64,000 nucleotides of DNA from Phycisphaerae bacterium (GTDB lineage: Bacteria; Planctomycetota; Phycisphaerae; UBA1845; Fen-1342), in contig JASFQK010000001.1 of the NCBI GenBank assembly GCA_050115495.1, positions 192,001-256,000 of the forward strand, read 5' to 3'. Positions 50,152 through 59,524 of the stretch are shown here, piece after piece (the stretch's first letter is position 1; each line of letters opens with the position of its first letter). The notes under the pieces were generated by a model. It saw only the letters and a program-made list of their open reading frames with translations. It was not told where the DNA came from and searched no databases. The position numbers and the translations under genes were made by a program.

Positions 50152-52547
50152 GCGACGGCTTGGATACCTGGGCGATCGTCGAGACGGGGTTTGACGTCCG
50201 CCACAACCGGCACTACGAGGGCCTGCTGGCTATCGGCAGCGGACCGCTCCAGCAGCGCGCCTCGCTCGAAGAGGGGCTCAGCGACGACCCGCAGGACCGC
50301 GAGTTCCTGCGCGTCATGGGCAACGTCACCGTCGAGGTCCCGCCAACGTTCAAGAGCCGCGTGGGCACCTACCTGCCGGGCGTGACCGGCCCGCATCCGA
50401 CCTGCGGCGACGAGCTCATCAACCTGCCGGCGTTGCACGGCCTCGTGCTCTACTCGGGCAACGAGCGGCTCGACATGGAGCGCAGCCGCATCGAGGCGTA
50501 CGAGCGGCGGCTCGATCTGCGCTGCGGCCGCCTGCGCCGCACGTTCATCTGGCACACGCAGCGCGGGGCGGCCGTGCGGGTCAGCTTCGAGCGTTTCATC
50601 AGCGCCAGTCGGCGGCACGTGATGGCCCTGCGCTGCCGCCTGGAGCATGTCTCCGGACCGGCGGCGGAAGTGCGGCTGTTCGGCACGCTCGACGCTGATG
50701 TGCGCACCAACGGCTTCGACCACTTCACGTCCGTGAACCTCACCGGCGAGCACGCCCCCGTCACCGCCGAGGTGCGCACCAACGGCGGTGATCTCGTCGC
50801 GGCGGCGGCGCTGCTGACGTCGGAAGCCGGCATCGTCTGGAACATCGAGACCGGCGCCCGCTGGGCGGCGGTGAGCGGGCTGTGCGTGCTCGAGCCGGGC
50901 ACCGCGGCGACGGTCTGCAAGTTCGCGGCGATGACCTCGTCGCGGCACGTGCAGGGCTCACCGCTGGACGCCGCCCGGAACCTCGCCTGGCGGGCGGCGG
51001 GCGACGGCTACGACCGGCTGGCCGCCGAATCGGACGAGGTGTGGCAGCAGCGCTGGGCGGCGACGGACGTCGACATCGACGGCGACGAGCGCAGCCAGCT
51101 CGGTCTGCGGGCCGGGCTGTATCACCTGATGCGGGCGGCGGTCGAGCACGACGCCCGCGTGGCCATCGACCCGAAGGCCGCGGCCGGCGAGGCTTACTGC
51201 GGCCGCTACTTCTGGGACACCGAGCTGTTCATCCTGCCCGTCTTCCTGTACACACGGCCGGACGTGGCCCGCGCGCTTGCGGGGTATCGGCTGGCTTCGC
51301 TGCCTGGCGCCCGGCGGAACGCCCAGCGGTACGGCTACGCCGGCGCACGCTACGCCTGGGAGGCCAGCCCATCCGGCGACGAGCATTGCCCCAACTGGCA
51401 ATACGCCGACCACGAAGTGCACGTGACGGCGGACGTGGCGTACGGCCTGTGGCACGCACATCTTGTGTCGCCGGCGGATGTGCCGCTGCTCGTGCGGGCG
51501 ACCGAAGTGCTTAGCGAGGCTTCACGCTACTGGGCGGATCGCGTCTCGCGGCCGACGGGCGGCGTAGCGGCCGACCTCCGCGTCGGCCGTCGGTTGTCGG
51601 GAAGTGAGGGCACTGGTGGGCAAGCCACCAGTGGCACCCCGCACGCCGGCGACGAGTGCGAGCTGTTGCTGGTTATGGGCCCCGACGAGTACACCCCCTT
51701 CAGCCGCAACAACGCCTATACCAATTACATGGTGGCTACGACGCTACGGCTCGTGGCGCGGGCCTGGCAGGAGCTGGAGGCGACGAGCCCCGCCGATGCG
51801 CAGCGCTTGCGCGACGAATTGCAGTGGCGACCGGACGAGGCGGCGCGCGTGGCGGAGATCGCCGACAAGCTGCCGTGTCCGTACGACGCCAGTCGGCGGC
51901 TCGTGTTGCAGTCGGACGACTTCTTCACGCTCGAACCGTTCGATTTCGACCGTTGGTGGCCGGATCGCTCGGTGCCGGTGGGACGCGCGGTCAGCCAGGA
52001 GCGGCTGTATCGCAGTCAGGTGCTGAAGCAGGCGGACGTGGTGTTGCTGATGACGCTGTTTCCGCACGAGTTTGGCGAAGATGAGCAGCGTGTGGCGTAC
52101 GACACGTATGCCCCGCTGACCTCGCACGATTCGAGCCTGAGCCGCCCGACGCACGCCCTGCTGGCCGCTCGCCTCGGCCGCGAGCAGGAGGCCCTGCGGC
52201 TATGGGACGAATCGGTCGCGCTCGATCTGGCGCCCGACGCCGCTACGGACGGCGTGCATGCAGCCGGCGCAGGCGGGCTGTGGCAGGCGGCCGTCCTCGG
52301 CTTCGGCGGCGTACGCACCCGAATGCAGGCCGACCGATTGATGATCGAGCCGCGTCTGCCCGAGCGCTGGCGAACGCTGCGGTTCCCGCTCGTCTGGGAC
52401 GGGCAGCCTTTGCGCGTGGCGATCACGACCGACCGGGTCACCATCACGCACCAGGGGACCTCGCCGGTGGAGGTGACGGTCTTTGGGCGGGCGGCGACGC
52501 TGGAGGCGGGGAGCGAGCAGTCGTTCTCCCGGCCGGCAACGTCCTAA
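50148..52547 (+). CDS. Glycoside hydrolase family 65 (kojibiose/trehalose phosphorylase-like)
   Basis: YCGRYFWDTELF, EVHVTADVAY, GPDEY, NNAYTN, KQADVVL, HDSSLS. Confidence 0.92.
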   Translation: MSDGLDTWAIVETGFDVRHNRHYEGLLAIGSGPLQQRASLEEGLSDDPQDREFLRVMGNVTVEVPPTFKSRVGTYLPGVTGPHPTCGDELINLPALHGLVLYSGNERLDMERSRIEAYERRLDLRCGRLRRTFIWHTQRGAAVRVSFERFISASRRHVMALRCRLEHVSGPAAEVRLFGTLDADVRTNGFDHFTSVNLTGEHAPVTAEVRTNGGDLVAAAALLTSEAGIVWNIETGARWAAVSGLCVLEPGTAATVCKFAAMTSSRHVQGSPLDAARNLAWRAAGDGYDRLAAESDEVWQQRWAATDVDIDGDERSQLGLRAGLYHLMRAAVEHDARVAIDPKAAAGEAYCGRYFWDTELFILPVFLYTRPDVARALAGYRLASLPGARRNAQRYGYAGARYAWEASPSGDEHCPNWQYADHEVHVTADVAYGLWHAHLVSPADVPLLVRATEVLSEASRYWADRVSRPTGGVAADLRVGRRLSGSEGTGGQATSGTPHAGDECELLLVMGPDEYTPFSRNNAYTNYMVATTLRLVARAWQELEATSPADAQRLRDELQWRPDEAARVAEIADKLPCPYDASRRLVLQSDDFFTLEPFDFDRWWPDRSVPVGRAVSQERLYRSQVLKQADVVLLMTLFPHEFGEDEQRVAYDTYAPLTSHDSSLSRPTHALLAARLGREQEALRLWDESVALDLAPDAATDGVHAAGAGGLWQAAVLGFGGVRTRMQADRLMIEPRLPERWRTLRFPLVWDGQPLRVAITTDRVTITHQGTSPVEVTVFGRAATLEAGSEQSFSRPATS
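51564..51639 (+). repeat. 76-bp composite REP element inside the GH65 reading frame
   Basis: Same architecture and length as 37756-37831; translated as VAADLRVGRRLSGSEGTGGQATSGT. Confidence 0.85.
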
Positions 52548-52734
52548 TGCGCGCGGGGCGGGACGAAACATATTCGCGACAGCCGGGGGCGCGTGTACAA
52601 TTCATATGTGGTCTGGTCATCAGGGATGCGGAGTGGTTTGCCCGCTGCGGGCAAAGGAGCACACTGCTGAATCTGCGGTTTGCGGCCGGTCTTAGCGATC
52701 GATCAGCTCCTCTGGCAGTGCTGAGGACTGGCGC

Positions 52735-54069
52735 GTGTCGTTGAGTCCGCGTGAAGAACTCTCGGTCCATCGGGAGCGCGCCCTGCTGGTCGGGGTGCTG
52801 CTGGGGGATGCACCTCTCGTAGACGATCCCGTGGCGGAACTGGCCGAGCTGGCCGAATCCGCCGGCGCCATTGTGGTCACCCGTGTCGTGCAACGTCGAA
52901 AGGCGATGCATCCGGCGACGTGCGTGGGCAAGGGCAAGCTGGAGGAGCTTCGCCAGCGGGCGGATGCCTACGACGTCGACGTCATCATATTTGATAACGA
53001 CCTCACCCCTTCGCAGATCCGCGAAATCGAGAAGGCGACCGAGCGCAAGGTGCTCGATCGCAGCGAGTTGATTCTGGACATCTTCGCCAGCCGCGCGCGC
53101 ACGCACGAAGCACGCTTGCAGGTCGAATTGGCCCAACTCGAATACACAGCACCGCGTCTGCGCGGCATGTGGACGCACCTGGAGCGCATCGCCGGTGCGG
53201 GCGGTGCGACCGGCGTCGGGGCGGTGGGCGGTATCGGCACGCGTGGTCCGGGCGAAAGCCAGATCGAGATCGACCGCCGACTCGTGAGCAAACGGCTGGC
53301 GGCGCTGCGCGAGCAACTGGTGGCGATCGACCGGCGGAAAGTGCGCGAGGTGCGAGCCCGCCGCGAGTTTTTCAACGTTTCGCTCGTCGGCTACACCAAC
53401 GCCGGCAAGAGCACGCTGATGAACGCCGTGACCGGCGCGGGCACGCTGACAGAGGATCGGCTGTTCGCGACGCTGGACACGCTCACGCGGAAATGGTCGC
53501 TGGGCGGCGGACGATTCGTGTTGTTGTCAGATACGGTCGGCTTCATCCGAAACCTGCCGCACCACCTGGTGGCCTCGTTCCGGGCGACGCTGGAGGAGGC
53601 GATCCACGCGGATCTGCTGCTGCACGTCGTGGATGCGGCGAATCCGGAAGCGCTGGCGCAGATTGAGGCGGTGCAGAGCGTGTTGACGGAGCTGGGCGTC
53701 GGCGAAAAACGCTCGGTGCTCGTGCTGAACAAGGTGGACGCGGTCGAGGACGCCGCGCTGCTGGCCGTGCTGCGGAACAAGTATGAGGACGCGGTGTCGA
53801 TTTCGGCGCGGACCGGGGCGGGGCTGACCGAATTGGCCGACGTGGTACGGGCCTGCACGCATGGTGAGCAGAGCCGGGTGACGCTTTCGGTGCCGGCGGG
53901 CGCGGGGCGGGCCCTCCAGTTCCTGGAGCGGTTCGCGGAAGTCCTCGATCGCCGCTACGAGGATGGCCGGGCGATCCTGGACGTGCGGATCGCGCCGCGC
54001 GTGCTGGAGCATTTGCACGGACTGGTTCGCGACGTGCGCCACAGCAGCGCGGTACCGGACGCGGACTGA
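52735..54069 (+). CDS. hflX: GTPase HflX
   Basis: LILDIFASRA, LQVELAQLEY, RGPGESQIEIDRR, GYTNAGKSTL, LFATLD, DTVGFI, NKVD. Confidence 0.96.
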   Translation: MSLSPREELSVHRERALLVGVLLGDAPLVDDPVAELAELAESAGAIVVTRVVQRRKAMHPATCVGKGKLEELRQRADAYDVDVIIFDNDLTPSQIREIEKATERKVLDRSELILDIFASRARTHEARLQVELAQLEYTAPRLRGMWTHLERIAGAGGATGVGAVGGIGTRGPGESQIEIDRRLVSKRLAALREQLVAIDRRKVREVRARREFFNVSLVGYTNAGKSTLMNAVTGAGTLTEDRLFATLDTLTRKWSLGGGRFVLLSDTVGFIRNLPHHLVASFRATLEEAIHADLLLHVVDAANPEALAQIEAVQSVLTELGVGEKRSVLVLNKVDAVEDAALLAVLRNKYEDAVSISARTGAGLTELADVVRACTHGEQSRVTLSVPAGAGRALQFLERFAEVLDRRYEDGRAILDVRIAPRVLEHLHGLVRDVRHSSAVPDAD

Positions 54070-54092
54070 CGGTCGCAATCTGGTTTGTGGAA

Positions 54093-54118
54093 TAAACGGG
54101 CGGGGGATAGCCCGATAA
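54093..54118 (+). promoter_or_regulatory. Possible sigma-28 (FliA)-like promoter upstream of the che operon
   Basis: TAAA-N14-CCCGATAA versus consensus TAAA-N15-GCCGATAA. Confidence 0.35.
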
Positions 54119-54465
54119 TGGTGCCATTGTCGCCGGGCAGGCGGCGGCGGGGCGGGAAGCGTCGTGGTGGGGGCCGACTCAATTCAACAGCGGTGTTCGG
54201 CGGAACGATAACTCCATGGACAGCCGGTTCGGCTCCGGACGGCGGGTAGCGCCGGTTCATGACTGGGTGTGCGCGTGCTGTCGAAACGCTGATTCGGCGC
54301 GCCCGTGCCTTCGCGGGCCCTTTCTTGTGGCGTGTGCCAATGCAGCGTGCGAAATAGGGGAGCCGCAAGCTCCCAGCGGCGCCAGGACGCCGAGTGGTAC
54401 GGGCGTTTACTGGCGGTTGTTCTGAGACCCGTGCCCCAAGGCGGCACCTGGCTTTCGAGACGACC

Positions 54466-57048
54466 ATGCCAACAGAGACGATGAAGGCCGCGATTGATGG
54501 ACTGGTGGAGGCGCTCTCGACTCCTCTGGAGCGCAACGACCTGGGACGGCTGGCCCGTATGCACTCCTTCTGCCAGGCGCTTGGGGAGGAGCCGGTTGAA
54601 GGTGCGCAGGTCGCCGTGCCGCCCCTGGCGATCGCGCTGCTGACGCTGCTGGAAAAGACCATTCTCGACGAAGCGGCCCAGCCGGAAGAGGGTTTGGCGC
54701 TCGTTCCCGACGCGGTGGGTCTGCTGCGCGCCGCCAGCGAAGGCGAGACTGTAGACTACGAGCCGATGGTCGGCCGGCTGCAAGCGACGGCCGGCGGGGC
54801 GGCGGTGAGCGCGCCGGCTGCGAAGCCCGCGCCTGCTCCCGCGCCCGCTCCTGCTCCGACACCTGCTCCTGCGCCCGAGCCCGTCGCCCCGGCAGCGCCT
54901 GCGCCCGAGCCTGTCGCGGCGGCCACGCCCGCGCCAGCCCCCGCACCCGAGCCGGTTGCGGCTCCGGCGCCCGTCGTCGAAGCGGCACCGGTGCCCGCGC
55001 CCGTGGCAGAAGCCGCGTCGCCGCCGCCACCGCCGGCGGGTGAGTCCCGCTACGTCAGCGAGCCGCTGATCATTGACCTCGACGAGAGCGAGCACCTTCA
55101 GGGCTTCATCGAGGAAAGCCGGGAGCACATGGACTCGATCGAGGTGGCCCTGCTGGACGTCGAGCAGGATACCTCGGACACGACCAAGATTGATGAGCTG
55201 TTCCGGCCCTTCCACACGATCAAGGGTATCGCCGGGTTCCTGAACCTGCGCGACATCAACCGCCTCACGCACGAGGTGGAAACGATCCTGGACATGGGCC
55301 GCAAGAACGCGCTGCAAATCACGTCGGCGACGATCGATCAGATCTTCGCCGCCGTGGACGTGCTCAAGAGCCAGATTGCGGCACTGCGCAACCACCTGGC
55401 CGAGCCGCAGGGCGAGGTGTGCCCGCAACCAGACATTGCCGACATCATGGCCCGTCTGCGGGCCATCGCGCGGGGCGAAGCGGCCCCGGCGGCCGAGCCG
55501 ACGATGCCCGCCGAGCCGGAAGCGGCCGTGGCGCCCGAGCCGGTGGTGGCGCCGAAGATCGGCGACATGCTGGTCGCGCAGGATGCGGTCACCACGGACG
55601 AGGTGGAAGACGCGCTGGCCGTACAGGCCGGTGAGGCCGCGCCGTCACGCAAGCTCGGCGAGATTCTCGTGGAGCGCGGCGCCGCCTCGCGCAAGCAGGT
55701 GGACCGGGCCGTTACCGAGCAGGCCAGTGGGAAGACCGTGATCGACACGACCATCCGTGTCGAGACGGGCAAGCTGGACACGCTCGTGGATGCCGTGGGC
55801 GAATTGGTCATCGCCCAGACGATGGTGAACCTCAGCGACGCCATCCGCGGCAGCAGCGACGCCAAGCTGCTGCGCGACGTGTCGCAGGTGACCAAGATCG
55901 TCCGCGACGTCCAGGAAACAGCGATGAGCCTGCGGATGGTCCCGGTCGGCGGGACGTTCCAGAAGATGAAGCGGCTGGTGCGCGACGTGGCCCGCAAGGC
56001 GGGCAAGCAGGTCGAGCTGCACATCAGCGGCGAGGACACCGAGCTGGACAAGACGGTGATCCAGCAGATCGCCGACCCGCTGGTGCACATGGTGCGCAAC
56101 GCCGTCGACCACGGCGTGGAGATGCCCGAAGAACGGCGGGCGGCCGGCAAGCCGGAGATCGGCAACGTGTACCTCGACGCCCATCACCAGGGCGACTCCA
56201 TCGTCATCGAGGTGTGCGACGACGGTCACGGGCTGGACCCGCAGAAGCTGATCGCCAAGGGCATCGAGCGCGGCCTGATCGCCCCGGACGAGTCCCTGAC
56301 CGACCAGCAGGCCTTCGCCCTGACGCTGCATCCGGGGTTCTCGACCGCCGCCAAGGTGACCGACATCTCGGGGCGCGGCGTCGGCATGGACGTGGTGAAG
56401 CGCAACATCGATCAACTGCGCGGCAAGATCGAGATCCAGTCGGAGCTGGGGCAGGGCACGACGTTCCTCATCCGCCTGCCGCTGACGCTGGCCATCATCG
56501 ACGGCATGATCGTCCGCGTGGGCGCCGAGCGGCTGATCGTCCCCACGATCCTCATCGACCAGTCGCTGCGGCCGCAGGCCAACCAGATCACCACCGTGCA
56601 GCGCCGCGGAGAGATGCTGCAGGTACGCGGCGAATTGTGTCCGCTCATCCACCTTGGACAGCTCTTCGGCTACACGGGGCGGACCAACCCGTGCCGGTCG
56701 CTTGTGGTCGTCGCCCACTGCGAAGGCAGCAAGATCGGCATGGTCGTGGACGAGCTGATCGGACAGCAGCAAGTCGTCATCAAGTCTCTGACGGACAGCT
56801 TCAAGCAGGTGGCCGGTGTATCCGGGGCGGCGATCCTGGGTGACGGCCGCGTGGGGCTGATTCTCGAGCCCACCGGGCTGCTGAAGCTGTACAGCCAGTG
56901 GCGCAGCGGAACGATCTCCGGCGGGGGTCCGGTCACCGGAATGGTGCCCGAAGACGAGTTGAGCAACGTGGAGGAGCCGGCGGCGGAGGAGCCGTCGGAG
57001 TTCGCGGACAGCATGCAAGGCGCCGAGGTGGTGCCGAGCCTTGTCTAG
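54466..57048 (+). CDS. cheA: Chemotaxis histidine kinase CheA
   Basis: HPt LFRPFHTIKG; dimerisation LDTLVDAVGELVI; HMVRNAVDHG, GFSTA, SGRGVGMDVV; C-terminal CheW-like domain. Confidence 0.96.
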   Translation: MPTETMKAAIDGLVEALSTPLERNDLGRLARMHSFCQALGEEPVEGAQVAVPPLAIALLTLLEKTILDEAAQPEEGLALVPDAVGLLRAASEGETVDYEPMVGRLQATAGGAAVSAPAAKPAPAPAPAPAPTPAPAPEPVAPAAPAPEPVAAATPAPAPAPEPVAAPAPVVEAAPVPAPVAEAASPPPPPAGESRYVSEPLIIDLDESEHLQGFIEESREHMDSIEVALLDVEQDTSDTTKIDELFRPFHTIKGIAGFLNLRDINRLTHEVETILDMGRKNALQITSATIDQIFAAVDVLKSQIAALRNHLAEPQGEVCPQPDIADIMARLRAIARGEAAPAAEPTMPAEPEAAVAPEPVVAPKIGDMLVAQDAVTTDEVEDALAVQAGEAAPSRKLGEILVERGAASRKQVDRAVTEQASGKTVIDTTIRVETGKLDTLVDAVGELVIAQTMVNLSDAIRGSSDAKLLRDVSQVTKIVRDVQETAMSLRMVPVGGTFQKMKRLVRDVARKAGKQVELHISGEDTELDKTVIQQIADPLVHMVRNAVDHGVEMPEERRAAGKPEIGNVYLDAHHQGDSIVIEVCDDGHGLDPQKLIAKGIERGLIAPDESLTDQQAFALTLHPGFSTAAKVTDISGRGVGMDVVKRNIDQLRGKIEIQSELGQGTTFLIRLPLTLAIIDGMIVRVGAERLIVPTILIDQSLRPQANQITTVQRRGEMLQVRGELCPLIHLGQLFGYTGRTNPCRSLVVVAHCEGSKIGMVVDELIGQQQVVIKSLTDSFKQVAGVSGAAILGDGRVGLILEPTGLLKLYSQWRSGTISGGGPVTGMVPEDELSNVEEPAAEEPSEFADSMQGAEVVPSLV

Positions 57049-57057
57049 GAGATACCC

Positions 57058-57552
57058 ATGGCAGCTGTAGCTGAAGCTCAGCAGAAACGCGCGATGGCCC
57101 TCGGCGGCAAGTACCTGACGTTCTGCCTGGCCGACGAGGAATATGGGGTGGAGATCCTGAAGGTCCGCGAGATCATCGGGATCATGGACATCACCGCCGT
57201 GCCGCAGATGCCCGAGCACGTCAAGGGCGTGATCAACCTGCGGGGCAAGGTGATCCCCGTGATCGACCTGCGCCTGAAATTCGGGATGGAGCAGGCCGAC
57301 TACACCGACCAGACCTGCATTGTCGTCGTGGACGTGGGCACGCTCGTTGGCGTGATCGTCGACACCGTGCAGGAAGTCCTGGACATCACCGACGCGCAGA
57401 TCGATCCGCCGCCGCCGCTGGGCGCCTCGGTGGACACGAGCTTCGTGCTGGGCATGGGCAAGGTCAAAGAGGATGTGAAGATCCTCCTGGACATTGACCG
57501 GGTGCTGGCGGCGGAGGAGTTGAAGGAGATCGAGGAGTCGCTGGAGAGCTGA
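57058..57552 (+). CDS. cheW: Chemotaxis protein CheW
   Basis: YLTFCLADEEYGVEILKVREII, GVINLRGKVIPVIDLR. Confidence 0.96.
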   Translation: MAAVAEAQQKRAMALGGKYLTFCLADEEYGVEILKVREIIGIMDITAVPQMPEHVKGVINLRGKVIPVIDLRLKFGMEQADYTDQTCIVVVDVGTLVGVIVDTVQEVLDITDAQIDPPPPLGASVDTSFVLGMGKVKEDVKILLDIDRVLAAEELKEIEESLES

Positions 57553-57699
57553 GGCTCTGATCGTCGCCGTGGCCGGTAGCCCGGGCGACGCTGGTTTGCA
57601 GACATAGAGTGTTTGGCGCGCTGCGCCATGGACGTGCCAGGTCGAGCGCCCTCCGCCGCGTCGGCGGACGGGCGTGACCGGCCTGGTCGGAAGAGCGCT

Positions 57700-58179
57700 A
57701 TGGGGATGGTGGTCGTAGACATCGCCGACTTCGCGGTCTCCGCGGACCCGGCCGCCGGCTTGATCACGTACTCGCTGGGTAGCTGCCTGGGTGTGAGCAT
57801 CTGGGACCCGGTGGTGCGTGTCGGCGGCATGCTGCACTACATGCTGCCGGAGTCCAGCCTGTCGCCGGAGAAGGCGAAGTCGAACCCGGCCATGTTCTGC
57901 GACACCGGAATTCCGCGGCTGTTTCGGGCTGTCTACGAATTGGGTGGGGTAAAGAGCCGCCTGGTCGTGAAGGTGGCCGGGGGATCGCAACTGCTCGATG
58001 ACAACGGCACGTTCAACATCGGCAAGCGAAACTACCTGGCCTTGCGCAAGATCTTCTGGAAGAACGGTGTGATGATCAGCGGTGAGGATGTCGGAGGTTC
58101 CGTCAGCCGCACCGTGAAACTGCATATCGCGACGGGACAGGTCACCGTCAAGACGCGCAACCAGGAGGTGCCCCTGTGA
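57700..58179 (+). CDS. cheD: Chemoreceptor glutamine deamidase CheD
   Basis: SLGSCLGV, GGMLHYMLP, KVAGG, IGKRN, EDVGG. Confidence 0.94.
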   Translation: MGMVVVDIADFAVSADPAAGLITYSLGSCLGVSIWDPVVRVGGMLHYMLPESSLSPEKAKSNPAMFCDTGIPRLFRAVYELGGVKSRLVVKVAGGSQLLDDNGTFNIGKRNYLALRKIFWKNGVMISGEDVGGSVSRTVKLHIATGQVTVKTRNQEVPL

Positions 58180-59036
58180 GCATTCAGAGTCTGGACCACC
58201 TGGTCGAGCAGGTCAAACAGGTGCCACGCCTGCCGGACACGGCCATGCGCCTGGTCAGTGTGCTGGGCGATCCGGGGAGTTCCGTCCAGGACATCGTGGA
58301 GACCATCCGCTACGACCAGACCGTCACCGCTGAGATTCTCCGACTGTGTAACTCCGCCTACTTCGGCCTGGCTCGGCGCGTGAATTCGCTCGACGAGGCC
58401 ATTCGCCTACTGGGCACGGCCAAAGTGCTGCAACTGGCGATGTCCGCACAGGTGCAGCCGGTGCTGAACAAGCCGCAGGAGGGGTACGGTCTGGCCCCGG
58501 GGTCGCTCTGGGAGCACTCCGTCGCCGTGGCGCTCGGCTGCCGTGATCTGGCCCGCCGGGTCGGCGCCGGCGATCTGGGGCTGTCTTTCACGCTCGGCTT
58601 GCTGCACGACGTGGGCAAGGTGGTGCTCAACGAGTATGTCGCGGCGGAGTACGTGGAGATCGTCCGTCGCGTCAGCGACGAGCACATGTCCTTCCTCGAA
58701 GCCGAGCAGAGCGTGCTGGGCTTCACGCACACCGAGGCCGGGGCGCGACTGGCCGAAGTGTGGTCCCTGCCGGAAGTAATCACCAAGTGCATTCGTTACC
58801 ACCATGATCCGGATGAGATGGAAACCCCTGACGCACTCGTCGATTGCGTGCACCTGGCGAACACAATCGGCATGCTGATGGGCGTCGGTGGCGGAGCGGT
58901 CGACGGGCTGGCTTACCGGGCCTCACCGGCGGCACTGGAGCGCCAAGGGCTCGGACAACGCGACCTGGAGACCATCGGCGCGGACATCGTCGCGGAACTG
59001 AGATCCGTTCGGCAGCTCTTTGCCGCGAGTAAGTAG
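58176..59036 (+). CDS. HDOD domain protein
   Basis: DQTVTAEILRLCNSAYFG, LWEHSVAVA, GLLHDVGK, GFTHTEAGARLAEVW, IRYHH. Confidence 0.92.
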   Translation: MSIQSLDHLVEQVKQVPRLPDTAMRLVSVLGDPGSSVQDIVETIRYDQTVTAEILRLCNSAYFGLARRVNSLDEAIRLLGTAKVLQLAMSAQVQPVLNKPQEGYGLAPGSLWEHSVAVALGCRDLARRVGAGDLGLSFTLGLLHDVGKVVLNEYVAAEYVEIVRRVSDEHMSFLEAEQSVLGFTHTEAGARLAEVWSLPEVITKCIRYHHDPDEMETPDALVDCVHLANTIGMLMGVGGGAVDGLAYRASPAALERQGLGQRDLETIGADIVAELRSVRQLFAASK

Positions 59037-59046
59037 GAATACTGTC

Positions 59047-59466
59047 ATGGGTGCGAACGTTCTGATCGTCGATGACTCAACGACCATGCGGCGCATGATC
59101 AAGCGCACGCTGGAGATCAGCGGCCTCGACGTCGGCGAGGTCCTCGAGGCCGCCAATGGCATCGAGGCGCTGGCCCGCATGGCCGAGCACACCGTCCACG
59201 CCGTGCTGCTCGACATCAACATGCCGGTGATGAGCGGCGTCCGACTGGTCGAGCGCATTCGCGACGACCCGCGCCTGAAGAACATCCCGGTCGTCATCGC
59301 CTCGACCGAGGGCAGCGAAACCCGCATCCAGCAGCTCGTGGCCGCCGGAGCCCGCGGCTTCGTGCGCAAGCCCTTCCATCCCGAGCAGATCCGCGACGTA
59401 CTGGCCCCCATCCTCGGCGTCTCAACGCCGGCCGCGTCCGCCAGCGACGACGAGATGGCCTTCTAG
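59047..59466 (+). CDS. cheY: CheY-like single-domain response regulator
   Basis: VLIVDDS, LDINMP, FVRKPF; located in the che operon. Confidence 0.85.
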   Translation: MGANVLIVDDSTTMRRMIKRTLEISGLDVGEVLEAANGIEALARMAEHTVHAVLLDINMPVMSGVRLVERIRDDPRLKNIPVVIASTEGSETRIQQLVAAGARGFVRKPFHPEQIRDVLAPILGVSTPAASASDDEMAF

Positions 59467-59467
59467 G

Positions 59468-59483
59468 CCCGCCCACAGGCGGG
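59468..59483. terminator. Short hairpin between convergent cheY and imuA-like genes
   Basis: CCCGCC-caca-GGCGGG, no strong U-tract. Confidence 0.3.
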
Positions 59484-59524
59484 GGGATCACCCGATAATA
59501 ACAGCGGTTTTCGTGGGGTACGGC

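Noticed and set aside
52735..54069. hflX forming an hflXKC operon with the SPFH genes
   Set aside because: It is about 30 kb away with unrelated genes between, so co-location in the window is probably coincidental.
54810..55040. GCGCCC/GCTCCT-type tandem repeats in cheA
   Set aside because: Explained by the Pro/Ala-rich protein linker; not an independent DNA element.
55645..58125. Long antisense or alternate-frame ORFs (also 19740-21758, 23899-25653, 40971-42893, 43844-45601, 28567-29964, 8026-9354)
   Set aside because: They are shadows of well-supported genes on the opposite strand. High GC3 suppresses stop codons, and the translations have no motifs.
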